Shown one piece after another: positions 19,979-30,267 of a DNA stretch of 64,000 bases. The translations under genes were made by a program, and so were the position numbers. Numbering within the stretch: position 1 is the stretch's first letter; the number at the start of each line of letters is the position of its first letter. The stretch is from positions 24,807 through 88,806 of the forward strand of contig CAZVZU010000009.1 in assembly GCA_964631685.1 (NCBI GenBank), in the 5' to 3' direction. Under the pieces are notes generated by a model. That model was not told the origin of the DNA. It did no database searches and worked only from the letters and a program-made list of their open reading frames with translations. Source of the DNA: an uncultured Actinomycetes bacterium (GTDB taxonomy: Bacteria; SZUA-79; Acidulodesulfobacterales; Acidulodesulfobacteraceae).

Positions 19979-21142
19979 CTATGCCTTTTCTACTTTTTTA
20001 GCCTTTTCTTTTATGTTTGCAAAATAAATTGCAACAGGCCTATATGCCAGATGTGACCATTTTGAAAATGGAACCTCCACAACCAGCATAGGAAATAAAA
20101 TCAGCAAATGAACCAAATAAATATAAAATATCCATGAGATAGGAAAGTCGTACACGATAACCGCACGCAATATAATTCCTGTAAGAGCGGTTAAAAAAAG
20201 CAGTACAATAAACATCCAGTCAGTATGATGAGAAAACTTACTTCTTTCTATCTTTTTAGTAAATCTTTTGATTATGAAATAAACGGTACCGAACAACAGC
20301 CCGATGCTCGCAAAATAATCAAATAATATTATATGGAGGAAAGGAAGACTATTTTCGCCCTGAAACCAATCCAAAAATACAACTATTCCAATAAATAAAG
20401 CAACATAACTTATCATAAGAAAAAGATGAGTCAGCCAGAAATTATACTTTCCTTTTGCAAGTTTTTTGAAAAAGGATTCCTTATCGTCATCACATTTGGC
20501 ATACTTGTATTGTGTAAAAAAGTTAAAAATCAGCGACCATGCCTCAGTAAAATAAAGGCCTATAGGTACCTTTATACTTTTATCGCTCAAAACGGTCTTG
20601 TTGTACATATTAAATATAAAAGACGTAAGAAATGCTCCGAGAAATACAGTCATTGGCCAATCAAAGAAGTAATCTATTTTTTCTGCGGGAACCGCTTGGC
20701 TCAGGGAAACCCCATTCGCTGGCGACAAGCCGAAAAGTATAGCCCACACGATTAATACTACCAATGCAACGATAAATAACGCGATATACTCTGCATACTT
20801 GGATTTATATAAGAGCTTAGATATTCCCGTCCAGTCGTAAGCGCTTATCATAAAACGTCGAAGCGACATCATTAGCTCGCCCGGCTCAGCCTTTCTTGGG
20901 CAATTTTTAGAACATTCCCCGCAATAGTAGCACAGCCATGGATTTAAATCTCCGACTAATTCGTCCTTTAAACCCCAGCCTGCCAATATCATCTCTCTTC
21001 TGGGAAATGGCCTGTCTTCTGTTGATAGCGGACAAACTGCAGAACAAGTGCCACACTGAAAACATTTCTTAAAATTGCTTTCACCCACATTTTTTATATA
21101 ACTGATCAGCTCATTGTCGGGTTTTATACTTTTTTTTTCCAA
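19979..21142 (-). CDS. qmoC: Quinone-interacting membrane oxidoreductase subunit C
   Basis: Two ferredoxin motifs (CFQCGTCSAVCP, CYYCGECSKNCP), cytochrome b TM region, PFSKWSHLAYRP. Confidence 0.93.
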   Translation of the reverse strand: MEKKSIKPDNELISYIKNVGESNFKKCFQCGTCSAVCPLSTEDRPFPRREMILAGWGLKDELVGDLNPWLCYYCGECSKNCPRKAEPGELMMSLRRFMISAYDWTGISKLLYKSKYAEYIALFIVALVVLIVWAILFGLSPANGVSLSQAVPAEKIDYFFDWPMTVFLGAFLTSFIFNMYNKTVLSDKSIKVPIGLYFTEAWSLIFNFFTQYKYAKCDDDKESFFKKLAKGKYNFWLTHLFLMISYVALFIGIVVFLDWFQGENSLPFLHIILFDYFASIGLLFGTVYFIIKRFTKKIERSKFSHHTDWMFIVLLFLTALTGIILRAVIVYDFPISWIFYIYLVHLLILFPMLVVEVPFSKWSHLAYRPVAIYFANIKEKAKKVEKA

Positions 21143-21203
21143 ACCAACCTCCTTTTAATAATCCCTATATTACAGATTGCAACCTGCGTAACTTTATTTT
21201 TCA

Positions 21204-23480
21204 TCAAAAACCCTTATACGGGTTTGGTTCAAACGATTTTATCGTATTCACAAAGTCATCCACGATTCCGGGTAACTTTACATAGTCTGAAAGCTCAAGT
21301 TGAACCTGTTTTACTCTTTCAGGTTCCAATGCAAGCCTGTTTAATGTTTCTTGAAGATTTTCCATCCTATAAGACGCAAGTTCAGAACCCTTAATAAAAT
21401 GACACTGATAGTCATCCCCGTACTTACATCCTAATAACAATATGCCGTCTATGCCTTTAGAAAGGGCGTCTGCATACCATACGCTATTTACAGAACCAAG
21501 ACATCTGACGGGTATAACCCTAATATTTGACGATAATCTTGACTTATTAAGACCTAATATATCAATCGCCGGATAGGCATCATTTTCACATGCAAATACC
21601 AATATCCTGTAATTTTCATCGGATGGTTCTTCTGGAACATAAATGCTTTTTATCATGGAAGCAACGATATCCGGAGAATAATTTTTAAAAGAGATAATTC
21701 TCACCGGACAAGCACCCATGCAAACACCACATCTTCTACACCTTTCAGGATTCGGCTTAGGCGTCCCTTTTTCATCCTCATCTATGGCCCCGAACGGACA
21801 CTCCTCTGTACACCTCTTGCATTGTGTGCATCTTGATAAATCAAAAACCGGATATGTCATATCGTTTGAACGCGGGTGAACAGCCCTACCCTTTGACGTC
21901 TGTTCAATGCATTGAATTGCCTTTAATGTAGCCCCTCTCGCATCTTCTACGGAAAAAACAGTATCCATTGGCGCCCTTAAGGAGCCAGCAGGATATATTC
22001 CTGTTCTTCTTGATTCGTAAGGAAAACAGATAAAGTTAGAGTCCGGAAACCCATAAGCAAGCTCCGGCATCTCTTTGCCTTGTCTGTATTCAAGATTCAG
22101 TATTCCTTTTCTATTGAGCATAACAGATGAACTGTCCGCCGGAGCTACTGCGCAAGAATCGCCGCCTGACTCCGTTTTTATCTCAATATCAGTAATAACA
22201 TCACCAGAATTCGGAACCATTCCTGCCGCCAATACCAACATGTCGACACTTATATCAACGTCCCCACCAAAAAGAGTATCTTTCACTTTTAGTTCAATGG
22301 CATTATTGCTCTCATTAAACGAGACATCAGAGACTTCCCCTTTTACCAAGAATATACCTTCATCATCCTGCATTTTTCTATAAAAATTTTCGTATTCGCC
22401 GAGCGTCCTAATATCTTTATAGATTATATAAACATTTGCATCCGGATTATTTTTTCTGAATAATGCCGCTTCCTTAAGCGAAGACATACAGCATACGGTT
22501 GAACAATAAGGCAAGTGATTTTCATCTCTTGAACCAGCACACTGTATAAAAGCGACCGATTTCACATCTTTACCATCGGACTTTCTTCTCACTATAAAAT
22601 TTTCATCCTTACCGTCTTTATATAGATCCGAATAGAGCTCTTCAAGTTCCACATTGGTCAGGATATCCGGCGTTAATCCATAACCCAGATAGCCAAGCTT
22701 GTTAGCTTCATATGGCTTCCAGCCTGTGGCAACAACGATTGCCCCGATCTCTTCATTTTTTACGTCCCCAGCCAAAGATTCAATATCTACGCTAAACCTG
22801 CCTGGCGCACCGGAGATATTTTTTACCTTGGAATCCATATAAATCTTTATTTTATTCGAACTCTCAACATCTTTTATGAGTTCATCCATTCCCGCTTTTA
22901 TATGAATATTTTTGTCGAACGGAGGCTTTGTTTCCCATGTTTTATATTTTGAGTAGGGGAATCCACCTAAATGTGATCCTTTTTCTACCAGTACAACATT
23001 ATAGCCGGTTCTTGCAGAGTTTATTGCGGAATTAAGCCCTGTTACCCCGCCGCCTACTACCAGAACAGTTTTATTCAGCTCCTGCACAAGAGGCTCAGGA
23101 CATTCTGATTTCTTAGCTCTGGCAATACCCATGGAGATGTAATCTTCGGCAAGCATCTGTGTGTTGTCGTCATTTGGAGGGCTCACCCATATTACATGTT
23201 CTCTGATATTAACCCTTTCGGTATGAATTTTCAGCGGATCAAAATTAAATACATCCTGCTTTGCCCTCATTGAACAAGCTACTATAACCACTTTATTAAT
23301 AGAATTTTCTTCTATGTCTTTTTTGATAAGATTTAAACCCTCTTCCCCGCATAGAAACTCGTTACTAACGCAAACCTGAGGTTTGTAAGAATCTTTGGCG
23401 CCGTTTATTAATTTTTCGACATTAAGACTCTTTCCGATATCGCAACCTGAACAGATATAAACCCCTACATTATTATCCAT
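21204..23480 (-). CDS. qmoB: QmoB (HdrA-like flavoprotein with ferredoxin and MvhD-like domains)
   Basis: GGGVTG, FIQCAGSRDENHLPYCS, CTQCKRCTEECP, CENDAYPA, GCKYGDDYQCHF. Confidence 0.95.
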   Translation of the reverse strand: MDNNVGVYICSGCDIGKSLNVEKLINGAKDSYKPQVCVSNEFLCGEEGLNLIKKDIEENSINKVVIVACSMRAKQDVFNFDPLKIHTERVNIREHVIWVSPPNDDNTQMLAEDYISMGIARAKKSECPEPLVQELNKTVLVVGGGVTGLNSAINSARTGYNVVLVEKGSHLGGFPYSKYKTWETKPPFDKNIHIKAGMDELIKDVESSNKIKIYMDSKVKNISGAPGRFSVDIESLAGDVKNEEIGAIVVATGWKPYEANKLGYLGYGLTPDILTNVELEELYSDLYKDGKDENFIVRRKSDGKDVKSVAFIQCAGSRDENHLPYCSTVCCMSSLKEAALFRKNNPDANVYIIYKDIRTLGEYENFYRKMQDDEGIFLVKGEVSDVSFNESNNAIELKVKDTLFGGDVDISVDMLVLAAGMVPNSGDVITDIEIKTESGGDSCAVAPADSSSVMLNRKGILNLEYRQGKEMPELAYGFPDSNFICFPYESRRTGIYPAGSLRAPMDTVFSVEDARGATLKAIQCIEQTSKGRAVHPRSNDMTYPVFDLSRCTQCKRCTEECPFGAIDEDEKGTPKPNPERCRRCGVCMGACPVRIISFKNYSPDIVASMIKSIYVPEEPSDENYRILVFACENDAYPAIDILGLNKSRLSSNIRVIPVRCLGSVNSVWYADALSKGIDGILLLGCKYGDDYQCHFIKGSELASYRMENLQETLNRLALEPERVKQVQLELSDYVKLPGIVDDFVNTIKSFEPNPYKGF

Positions 23481-23625
23481 TATTACCCCTTTTTACAAAT
23501 AAATCTTTCAATCTTTATAAACCGACCAATACATATCATTAAATAGCGAAAAATTTAAATATTCCAAAAAAATCGCAAACAATTTTTTATTGCTTAATTG
23601 AATCTTAAACTAACAGGCAATAGTA

Positions 23626-24933
23626 CTATCCGTTATTATTCTTATAATCGTACTGCAAAATTGAAAGCGCTGAAGATGTTGCGGACTGACCAGACATATA
23701 GACATCCAGAGGAAATTTCGCAACACCGGCAGAAAAAATACCGTTTAATTCATCTTGATTAAATATGAAACCGTTCTCATCTACATCTATACTTATGTCT
23801 TTATCAATCTTTATGTTATGCAAATCATCTTTGATATTTGGCACCATACCGACCGCCAAGACAACCATCTCTGCTTTTACCTTCATTTTTTTTCCTGAGA
23901 GTATATCTTCGACATCGAGTATGAGGTCACCTGTTGATGTTTCTTCTGAAATTTTTCCAACAACACCCTTATTGAACTTTATGTTTTCATCGCTAATGGC
24001 TTTATTGAGAAATTTTTCGTATCTTCCCTGAGTCCTCAAATCGATATAAAAAATGGTCGGATTTGAAGAAGGATTTTTTTCTCTCAGATAGAGAGCCTGT
24101 TTTAATGAAGCCATACAACAGACCGCTGAGCAATAAGGAAGATGGTTTTCGTTTCTAGATCCGGCGCATTGGATAAATGCGACATTACTTACCTCCTTAT
24201 TATCGGACGGCCTTGATATTTTACCACTTGTTGGGCCGTTGTCAGATGCCAACCTCTCCATCATTACGTTCGTGATGACATTTTTAAATTTACCAAAACC
24301 TAAATTGTCTAATCTCTCAACTTCATAAGGCTTCCAGCCTGATGCAAAGATAACGCTATCAACCTTAAGTTCAAGAACGTTTTCACTGGCATCAAGGTTA
24401 ACTGCACTATATTTACACACATCTACGCATTTTTTGCATGAAGAAAATTTACAATATTTTTCATCTATAGTAAATTTTGATGGAAATGCTGATAAATTGG
24501 GAAGATATATGGCTTTTGTCGAATCCATATCATAGTTGAAATCATTCGGCCTATTTTCAGGACAAACCTTCGTGCATTCGCCACATATAGTACAATTGTT
24601 GTTTATAAACTGCGGCTTTTGTCGAATCTTAACTACATATCCCGAACCGGCACTATCTTTGCTGATCTCTTCAACCATTGAGGAGACAAAAAACTCTATG
24701 TTCCCCCCTGCAGACGACTTAATCCGCTTAGTATTTATCTCAAATCCACAAAATGGCGGACACAATTTCGGAAAATACTTGTACATCTGTAACACTCTTC
24801 CGCCGATATAAGGTTTTTTTTCGATAACATAAACCTTTTTATTCGTTGCCTCGGTAATTTCAAGAGCAGCAGAAACTCCGCTGTGACCTCCACCGATTAT
24901 GAGAACCGGGCTTTCGTTATTTGACTCGTTCAA
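23626..24933 (-). CDS. qmoA: QmoA (HdrA-like flavoprotein)
   Basis: GGGHSG, KYFPKLCPP.CG, FIQCAGSR..NHLPYCS; directly after aprA. Confidence 0.94.
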   Translation of the reverse strand: MNESNNESPVLIIGGGHSGVSAALEITEATNKKVYVIEKKPYIGGRVLQMYKYFPKLCPPFCGFEINTKRIKSSAGGNIEFFVSSMVEEISKDSAGSGYVVKIRQKPQFINNNCTICGECTKVCPENRPNDFNYDMDSTKAIYLPNLSAFPSKFTIDEKYCKFSSCKKCVDVCKYSAVNLDASENVLELKVDSVIFASGWKPYEVERLDNLGFGKFKNVITNVMMERLASDNGPTSGKISRPSDNKEVSNVAFIQCAGSRNENHLPYCSAVCCMASLKQALYLREKNPSSNPTIFYIDLRTQGRYEKFLNKAISDENIKFNKGVVGKISEETSTGDLILDVEDILSGKKMKVKAEMVVLAVGMVPNIKDDLHNIKIDKDISIDVDENGFIFNQDELNGIFSAGVAKFPLDVYMSGQSATSSALSILQYDYKNNNG

Positions 24934-24971
24934 CTTTAGATCTCCATTACCATTTTAATTAATTACTACAT

Positions 24972-25023
24972 GCCTATCCATCTTACCTCTCCCCTTTTTA
25001 CAAGAGAAAGGCAAGACAAAGGC
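24972..25023 (-). other. Long intercistronic RNA hairpin 3' of aprA
   Basis: About 19-bp stem containing 7 G-U pairs, so it pairs only on the coding strand. Confidence 0.6.
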
Positions 25024-25027
25024 TATA

Positions 25028-26950
25028 TTAATTTTTTGGAACTAACTCAATGTAAGGTTTTTTGAACAATTCGGGTTGTCCCGTAGTTTTATTAATCTTG
25101 GAATTAACAAATAATTTCCAATTTTTTTCATCTAATTGAGGACGATCAGTTCTGTAATAGAACCCAGGGTATCTGGTTTCTTCCCTATATAATACGTGCC
25201 GCAAATGGAGTTCTCCGACAACCGACCTATGATAGTTCTCCCATGCTCTCATTAATTCGTGTAAATTTGAAGCAGCAAGCTTGGACGAATCTTCTTTAAG
25301 CTTATTCAGAAGTTCTAATCCTCTCAATAGGTTTGCTTCGCTTGTTCTGTAGAACGTGGAAGTACCGGCAACATACTCATCCATCAGTTTGTTCAATCTG
25401 AAAAGATACAGTCTCGGTTTAATATAATTCGGATTAATATCCGGCTCTGTTGAATAATTCTTGAACTTCTCAAAAGTAATCATTGGTCCGTATATTTTTT
25501 CTGCAAGAACCTTATTGTCGGTATGTACCGTAGGAGCGTAACCTGAATCATCTAATATAAACCTTACGGCAGATTTTGCAGCAATCCTTCCCTCTGCATA
25601 GGAGCCTGATGAAAATTTATGCCCGGAAGCTCCGACGCCATCTCCGCCCGTGAAAAGACCGTTGACTGTTGTCATACGATTATAGCCCCACTGATATTCC
25701 TTTGGTGAAAGATCAGAAGGTCCACTTACCCACATTCCGCATGCACCTGAATGTGAACCAAGAAAATATGGCTCTGTGGGCATAACTTCCGAATTCGTCT
25801 CTGCAGGATCAATGTCCATTGCTGCCCAAAGCCCAGCCTGTGAAACCGTCATATCAAGGAAATCTTCCCATGCATCAGCTTCTAATGATTTTTTCCTTTT
25901 TTCAGGAAGCGTCTCAAAAAGTGCCTTCATGGCGCCTGAAGTATTCATATAAAACGGACCATTTCCTTCCATCCAATCCTTTAACATTACATGGTTCCAA
26001 AGACATGTCGCCGGAATCTTCGCTTGACCGTACGGAGGAAAATCCTTAAGCATATCTCCCCACTTTTGCATATAGTCCTCGCCATGCGCATTTAGAACCC
26101 TTGATTTAAAGAGGGTGAACCATGCTCCTACAGGACCATAGCCATCTTTGAATCTGTTAGGAACAAATCTATTTTCCATGGTTGTCATCTCTGCCCCTGC
26201 TTCATATCCCATTGCATAGGTAGAACCTGCATTCCATATTGCATACCATGTTCTCCCCATACCTTCTGCCTGCGATCTGGGCCTAAAGACGTTGACTGCG
26301 CCGCCGCATGCCATGATGACAGCTTTTGCCTTAAATATGTAAATCTTAGCATCTCTCAAACTGAAACCGATTGCTCCTGCAACCCTATTCTCATGTTTTT
26401 CGTCCATGAGAAGTTCCGTTATAAAAACCCTTTCATAAATATTCTCTTCACTGATAGCCTTTCTTGCAGCTTCAGCAACAAGAACCTTATAAGACTCTCC
26501 GTGTATCATTATCTGCCATCTTCCAGCTCTAAGAGGCTTACCGCCCTCTGCTATACTTTTACCGTTTTCCTCTTCTTTGAACATAGGCAGTCCAAATTTT
26601 TCAAAAAGCTTCACCGATGCATCAACGTGTCTGCCTACATCATATATTAAATCTTCTCTTACGATTCCCATTAGATCGTTAGCAACATGCTTAACATAAT
26701 CCTCAGGAGTATTATCTCCAAGATATGTATTGATTGCTGAAAGTCCCATAGCGACGGCGCCACTTCTGTCTATTGCCGCTTTTTCTACCATGGTTATCTT
26801 CATATCTTTCGGAGCCCATTTCTTTATTTCAAATGCTGCGCCGCATCCTACCATACCACCGCCTACAATCAAGACGTCAGTATTAATCTCTTCTATGTTG
26901 TAGTTATTTAAAACTTCAGCGCTTGTCATTGAACCTTTTAGTTCAGCCAT
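25028..26950 (-). CDS. aprA: Adenylylsulfate reductase alpha subunit
   Basis: RSGAVAMGLSAINTY, WQIMIHGESYK, RFKDGYGPVGAW, GHKFSSGS, EETRYPGFYYR. Confidence 0.97.
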   Translation of the reverse strand: MAELKGSMTSAEVLNNYNIEEINTDVLIVGGGMVGCGAAFEIKKWAPKDMKITMVEKAAIDRSGAVAMGLSAINTYLGDNTPEDYVKHVANDLMGIVREDLIYDVGRHVDASVKLFEKFGLPMFKEEENGKSIAEGGKPLRAGRWQIMIHGESYKVLVAEAARKAISEENIYERVFITELLMDEKHENRVAGAIGFSLRDAKIYIFKAKAVIMACGGAVNVFRPRSQAEGMGRTWYAIWNAGSTYAMGYEAGAEMTTMENRFVPNRFKDGYGPVGAWFTLFKSRVLNAHGEDYMQKWGDMLKDFPPYGQAKIPATCLWNHVMLKDWMEGNGPFYMNTSGAMKALFETLPEKRKKSLEADAWEDFLDMTVSQAGLWAAMDIDPAETNSEVMPTEPYFLGSHSGACGMWVSGPSDLSPKEYQWGYNRMTTVNGLFTGGDGVGASGHKFSSGSYAEGRIAAKSAVRFILDDSGYAPTVHTDNKVLAEKIYGPMITFEKFKNYSTEPDINPNYIKPRLYLFRLNKLMDEYVAGTSTFYRTSEANLLRGLELLNKLKEDSSKLAASNLHELMRAWENYHRSVVGELHLRHVLYREETRYPGFYYRTDRPQLDEKNWKLFVNSKINKTTGQPELFKKPYIELVPKN

Positions 26951-27012
26951 AACAAATCATCCCCTTATTTTATAAATTTATTTTAATTTTAAAAAATTGA
27001 ATTAAGCTTATA

Positions 27013-27447
27013 CTATTTTTGCGGGACAGCCAAAGTTATGCCCAATTCATCGCACAACAGCTCGTCCTTTAAGTCTCCCTTATTTTCCTCTGGAATACCA
27101 AGATACGGATCAATTCCACCCTCTGGGGTAGTTCTAATCGGAAATTTAAATCTTTTAATCTTACCGTTACGGTACTTTATGGTCCACATTATAGAATCCG
27201 AACCACGCATCGGAATGACGGAAGCTCCCATAGGCGCAAAATCTTGATACGCCCTTATCTCAATAGCGGATTGAGGACATATTTTTACGCAGTTATAACA
27301 CTCCCAGCATTGGTCAACCTCTTGATTGTAAGCCTTCATGATATCCTTGTTAAGAACCATAAGATCGTTAGGACAAATGTATTGACACGCTGTCTTGTCC
27401 CTCCCTTTACAACCATCACACTTCTCTGCAATTACAAAACTTGGCAT
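27013..27447 (-). CDS. aprB: Adenylylsulfate reductase beta subunit
   Basis: MPSFV..KCDGCKG..KTACQYICP, CWECYNCVKICP, FKFPIRTTPEG; RBS spacing favours ATG 27447. Confidence 0.97.
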   Translation of the reverse strand: MPSFVIAEKCDGCKGRDKTACQYICPNDLMVLNKDIMKAYNQEVDQCWECYNCVKICPQSAIEIRAYQDFAPMGASVIPMRGSDSIMWTIKYRNGKIKRFKFPIRTTPEGGIDPYLGIPEENKGDLKDELLCDELGITLAVPQK

Positions 27448-27576
27448 TTTCATACCTCCTTAGATTAATATTTATTATTATATAAAACTTAGACCGGCCC
27501 AATAAGACGCCATACCATTGGCTCTCTAACCCTCAGCAACTCGGTCTATCTATTTTCTAAAAATTACTGCACAAAT

Positions 27577-28800
27577 CTATATTTCACCCTTTGAGGCCTT
27601 GTTTAATTTAACATCAACATTATCTCTCTTTGAAAGGGATCCATAATAATCCTTAAGTATTGATACAACCTCTGGTCTTGAAAAATGATCCGGTATTTCC
27701 TTCCCTTCCGATAAAAGCTTCCTAAGCATAGTCCCGCTTAATATGAGCCTGTCTTCTTTTGAATGAGGACATGTTCTTGCAGACGCCATGCCATCACACT
27801 TATGGCAAAAAAATGTCCAATCCATCTTCAAAGGCCTCAGTTCTAGGGCATCTTTTGGAATCTCATCGAATATTTTATGGGCATCAAATGGTCCGTAATA
27901 ATCCCCAACACCGGCATGATCTCTGCCGACAATTAGGCGAGAACATCCGTAATTTTGTCTGAAAACCGCATGAAGTAACGCCTCTCTTGGTCCGGCATAT
28001 CTCATCTCCATCGGATAGCCTGCTTGAACAATTGTATCTTTCACGAAATATTTATCAATCAATGTGTTAATAGCAACCGCCCTTACACTTGCCGGTATAT
28101 CTCCGGGCTTTAATTTACCGATAAGCTGATGAATTAAGACACCATCGGTGGTCTCTATAGCAACTTTTGCTAAATATTCGTGCGAGCGATGCATAGGATT
28201 TCTTGTCTGAAAAGCTGCAACGGTACTCCAGCCCTTATCTTCAAATATTTTCCTTACTTCAGCCGGACGCCTATATATCTCTTTAAACTCTATAGGGTAA
28301 GAACCCTCGTTCAAAACCTTAACCTTTCCCGCAATATTAATATCTCCCTGAGCCATAACTTTTTGAACACCGGGATGTTCCGTATCGGTCGTGGTAAATA
28401 TCTTCTGGCATTCATAAGCTTTGTCTATTGAGTATTTTTCGCTAACACTTATTATGCCCATTATTTCAGATGTCTCGGCATCTATAAGTGCTACATCATC
28501 ACCTACCTTGATCCCGTCGGCTGTTCCTTTGTCTGCAGAAAGGGTTATTGGTATTGGCCAAAATACGCCATCCTTCATTGTGAATTTATCGCATACACCC
28601 TTCCAGTCATCCTTTCCCATGAAGCCTTCCAGCGGGGTGAATGCCCCAATCCCCATCATGATTAAGTCTGATGTTTCCCTTGATGTCATGGATAATGTTT
28701 TTAATGTTTTAGCATAACCCCTTGCTTTTTCAAGCTCGGAACCTAAAAGCAATAAGGGCTTCAACTTCTTTTCCCTGCCATGAGGATTTACCAGTGCCAT
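27577..28800 (-). CDS. sat: Sulfate adenylyltransferase (dissimilatory type)
   Basis: [41 protein letters not shown]. Confidence 0.97.
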   Translation of the reverse strand: MALVNPHGREKKLKPLLLLGSELEKARGYAKTLKTLSMTSRETSDLIMMGIGAFTPLEGFMGKDDWKGVCDKFTMKDGVFWPIPITLSADKGTADGIKVGDDVALIDAETSEIMGIISVSEKYSIDKAYECQKIFTTTDTEHPGVQKVMAQGDINIAGKVKVLNEGSYPIEFKEIYRRPAEVRKIFEDKGWSTVAAFQTRNPMHRSHEYLAKVAIETTDGVLIHQLIGKLKPGDIPASVRAVAINTLIDKYFVKDTIVQAGYPMEMRYAGPREALLHAVFRQNYGCSRLIVGRDHAGVGDYYGPFDAHKIFDEIPKDALELRPLKMDWTFFCHKCDGMASARTCPHSKEDRLILSGTMLRKLLSEGKEIPDHFSRPEVVSILKDYYGSLSKRDNVDVKLNKASKGEI

Positions 28801-29061
28801 ATATTTTTATTCCCCCAATTAAGTTTGGTGCCTATTTTTTGATTATTTTGTGCTTATTGCGTTGAATTATCAAACTAAACACCAGCTACGAATATATTTA
28901 AAAAAAAGCGCGGATACAATACCGCACTTATTTATCTTAGGATTAAATAAACTAATCCTATTATATTTATTATTATTTCATACAAATGTCAACCATTATT
29001 TCGCAACAAACTAAATATTCTTAAAAACCGCAAATTTAATGATATAAACACCTAAAGATCG

Positions 29062-29379
29062 TTATGGCCACGTTACAGGATTGTGTTCGCATACCTTTTC
29101 AACAAACCCTTTATAGTCTATTAATTTAATATTGTCGACTATCTCTCCCTCAGAAATTCCTCTTGCCTTTATATCGGCGTCAAGGCAATAAACCTCGTTA
29201 TTTTGAAGGACACCCTTTATAATATCTTCAAATTTTCCACCCTTTTTCACCGTATATACTGCATCCTCAATTAATAAGACAATATCATTCTCTGCCAAAT
29301 AATTAATGGAATTATTCAATGCATTAGTTTCATATGGCGATTTTTTGATAATATGAAGCATCTTAATTATTTCCTCCAT
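29062..29379 (-). CDS. dsrH: Sulfurtransferase complex subunit DsrH (TusB family)
   Basis: MLHIIKKSPY, LLIEDAVY, DIKARG, IDYKGFV; start may be ATG 29361. Confidence 0.9.
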   Translation of the reverse strand: MEEIIKMLHIIKKSPYETNALNNSINYLAENDIVLLIEDAVYTVKKGGKFEDIIKGVLQNNEVYCLDADIKARGISEGEIVDNIKLIDYKGFVEKVCEHNPVTWP

Positions 29380-29412
29380 GTATCGTATATGTTTTTAATA
29401 CTCTCATTAAAA

Positions 29413-29787
29413 TTAAAATGGCAAAATTGCCTTCATTTCATTCATTTTTTGCTTCAGTGTATTTCTATCTAGCACCTCAACCTCCGCGATAAGATCCTCT
29501 TCTTTTAATCCCCTTTCTTCTAAGGATTCTTTTTCCACATAGATATTGGTGATGTCAAAATCATCCTTTAAAATCATATATGTCACAGAAAAATTTTTCT
29601 TCCCTAGCAAGGAAGGGTCTTGCCCTTTCTTTAAAGAAAATACACCATCATCTAAAAAGGCTACCCTTACATCCTGCTCATATGCTCCAAACATAATCAT
29701 AGCTTCAATTGCTTCCTGTTCAAAAACAGTTCCGTAAGGGGCTGACCTGCAAACAAACATTACTTTAGTCTTTTCTTGTTCAGACAT
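29413..29787 (-). CDS. dsrF: Sulfurtransferase complex subunit DsrF (TusC family)
   Basis: RSAPYGT, FLDDGVF.LKKGQD, KNFS.TY, ESLEERGL; close to sulfur-oxidizer DsrF as I recall it. Confidence 0.9.
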   Translation of the reverse strand: MSEQEKTKVMFVCRSAPYGTVFEQEAIEAMIMFGAYEQDVRVAFLDDGVFSLKKGQDPSLLGKKNFSVTYMILKDDFDITNIYVEKESLEERGLKEEDLIAEVEVLDRNTLKQKMNEMKAILPF

Positions 29788-29854
29788 TTTACCGGCTCCT
29801 CAATAAAAAATATTTTATAGAATTCAAATACATTAATAGTTTCTAAAAAAATCT

Positions 29855-30205
29855 TTAAAATGTTACCATTCTGTCGGACTCTATGCATAACTCAAGAAGT
29901 TGGCCAAGTCCGGATATTTCATTAGAATCGCAAACTGTTGTATTCACTATTCCCCTTCTCTTACCCGCAGCAACACACACTATTAATTTTACGCCCTTAT
30001 GTTCAAGCTCCGTAAGTATCTCCATTATGTTTCTTTCATCGCGCGGGGGTTCTAATGTACCACACCTATTATAAACACCATCGTTATAAAAGAATACACC
30101 GGTTATCTCATGCCCGCTCTCCATCGCCGCAACAATAAAATTATATGCGGTATCCATAGCCTGATGCATATACGGACCATCTTTGACAAGAATGCCGAAT
30201 TTCAT
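29855..30205 (-). CDS. dsrE: Sulfurtransferase complex subunit DsrE (TusD family)
   Basis: GPY.HQA.DTAY, VFFYNDGV, active-site CVAAGKRRG, ISGLGQL; RBS supports ATG 30205. Confidence 0.92.
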   Translation of the reverse strand: MKFGILVKDGPYMHQAMDTAYNFIVAAMESGHEITGVFFYNDGVYNRCGTLEPPRDERNIMEILTELEHKGVKLIVCVAAGKRRGIVNTTVCDSNEISGLGQLLELCIESDRMVTF

Positions 30206-30267
30206 TAAATCCTCCCTGACCATTTAAATTTATAATTTTTATTATATTTACCTTACTCCATTTCTTA

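Noticed and set aside
28801..29061. Rex operator upstream of sat
   Set aside because: No TTGTGAA-N4-TTCACAA-like palindrome found by eye here or upstream of dsrA
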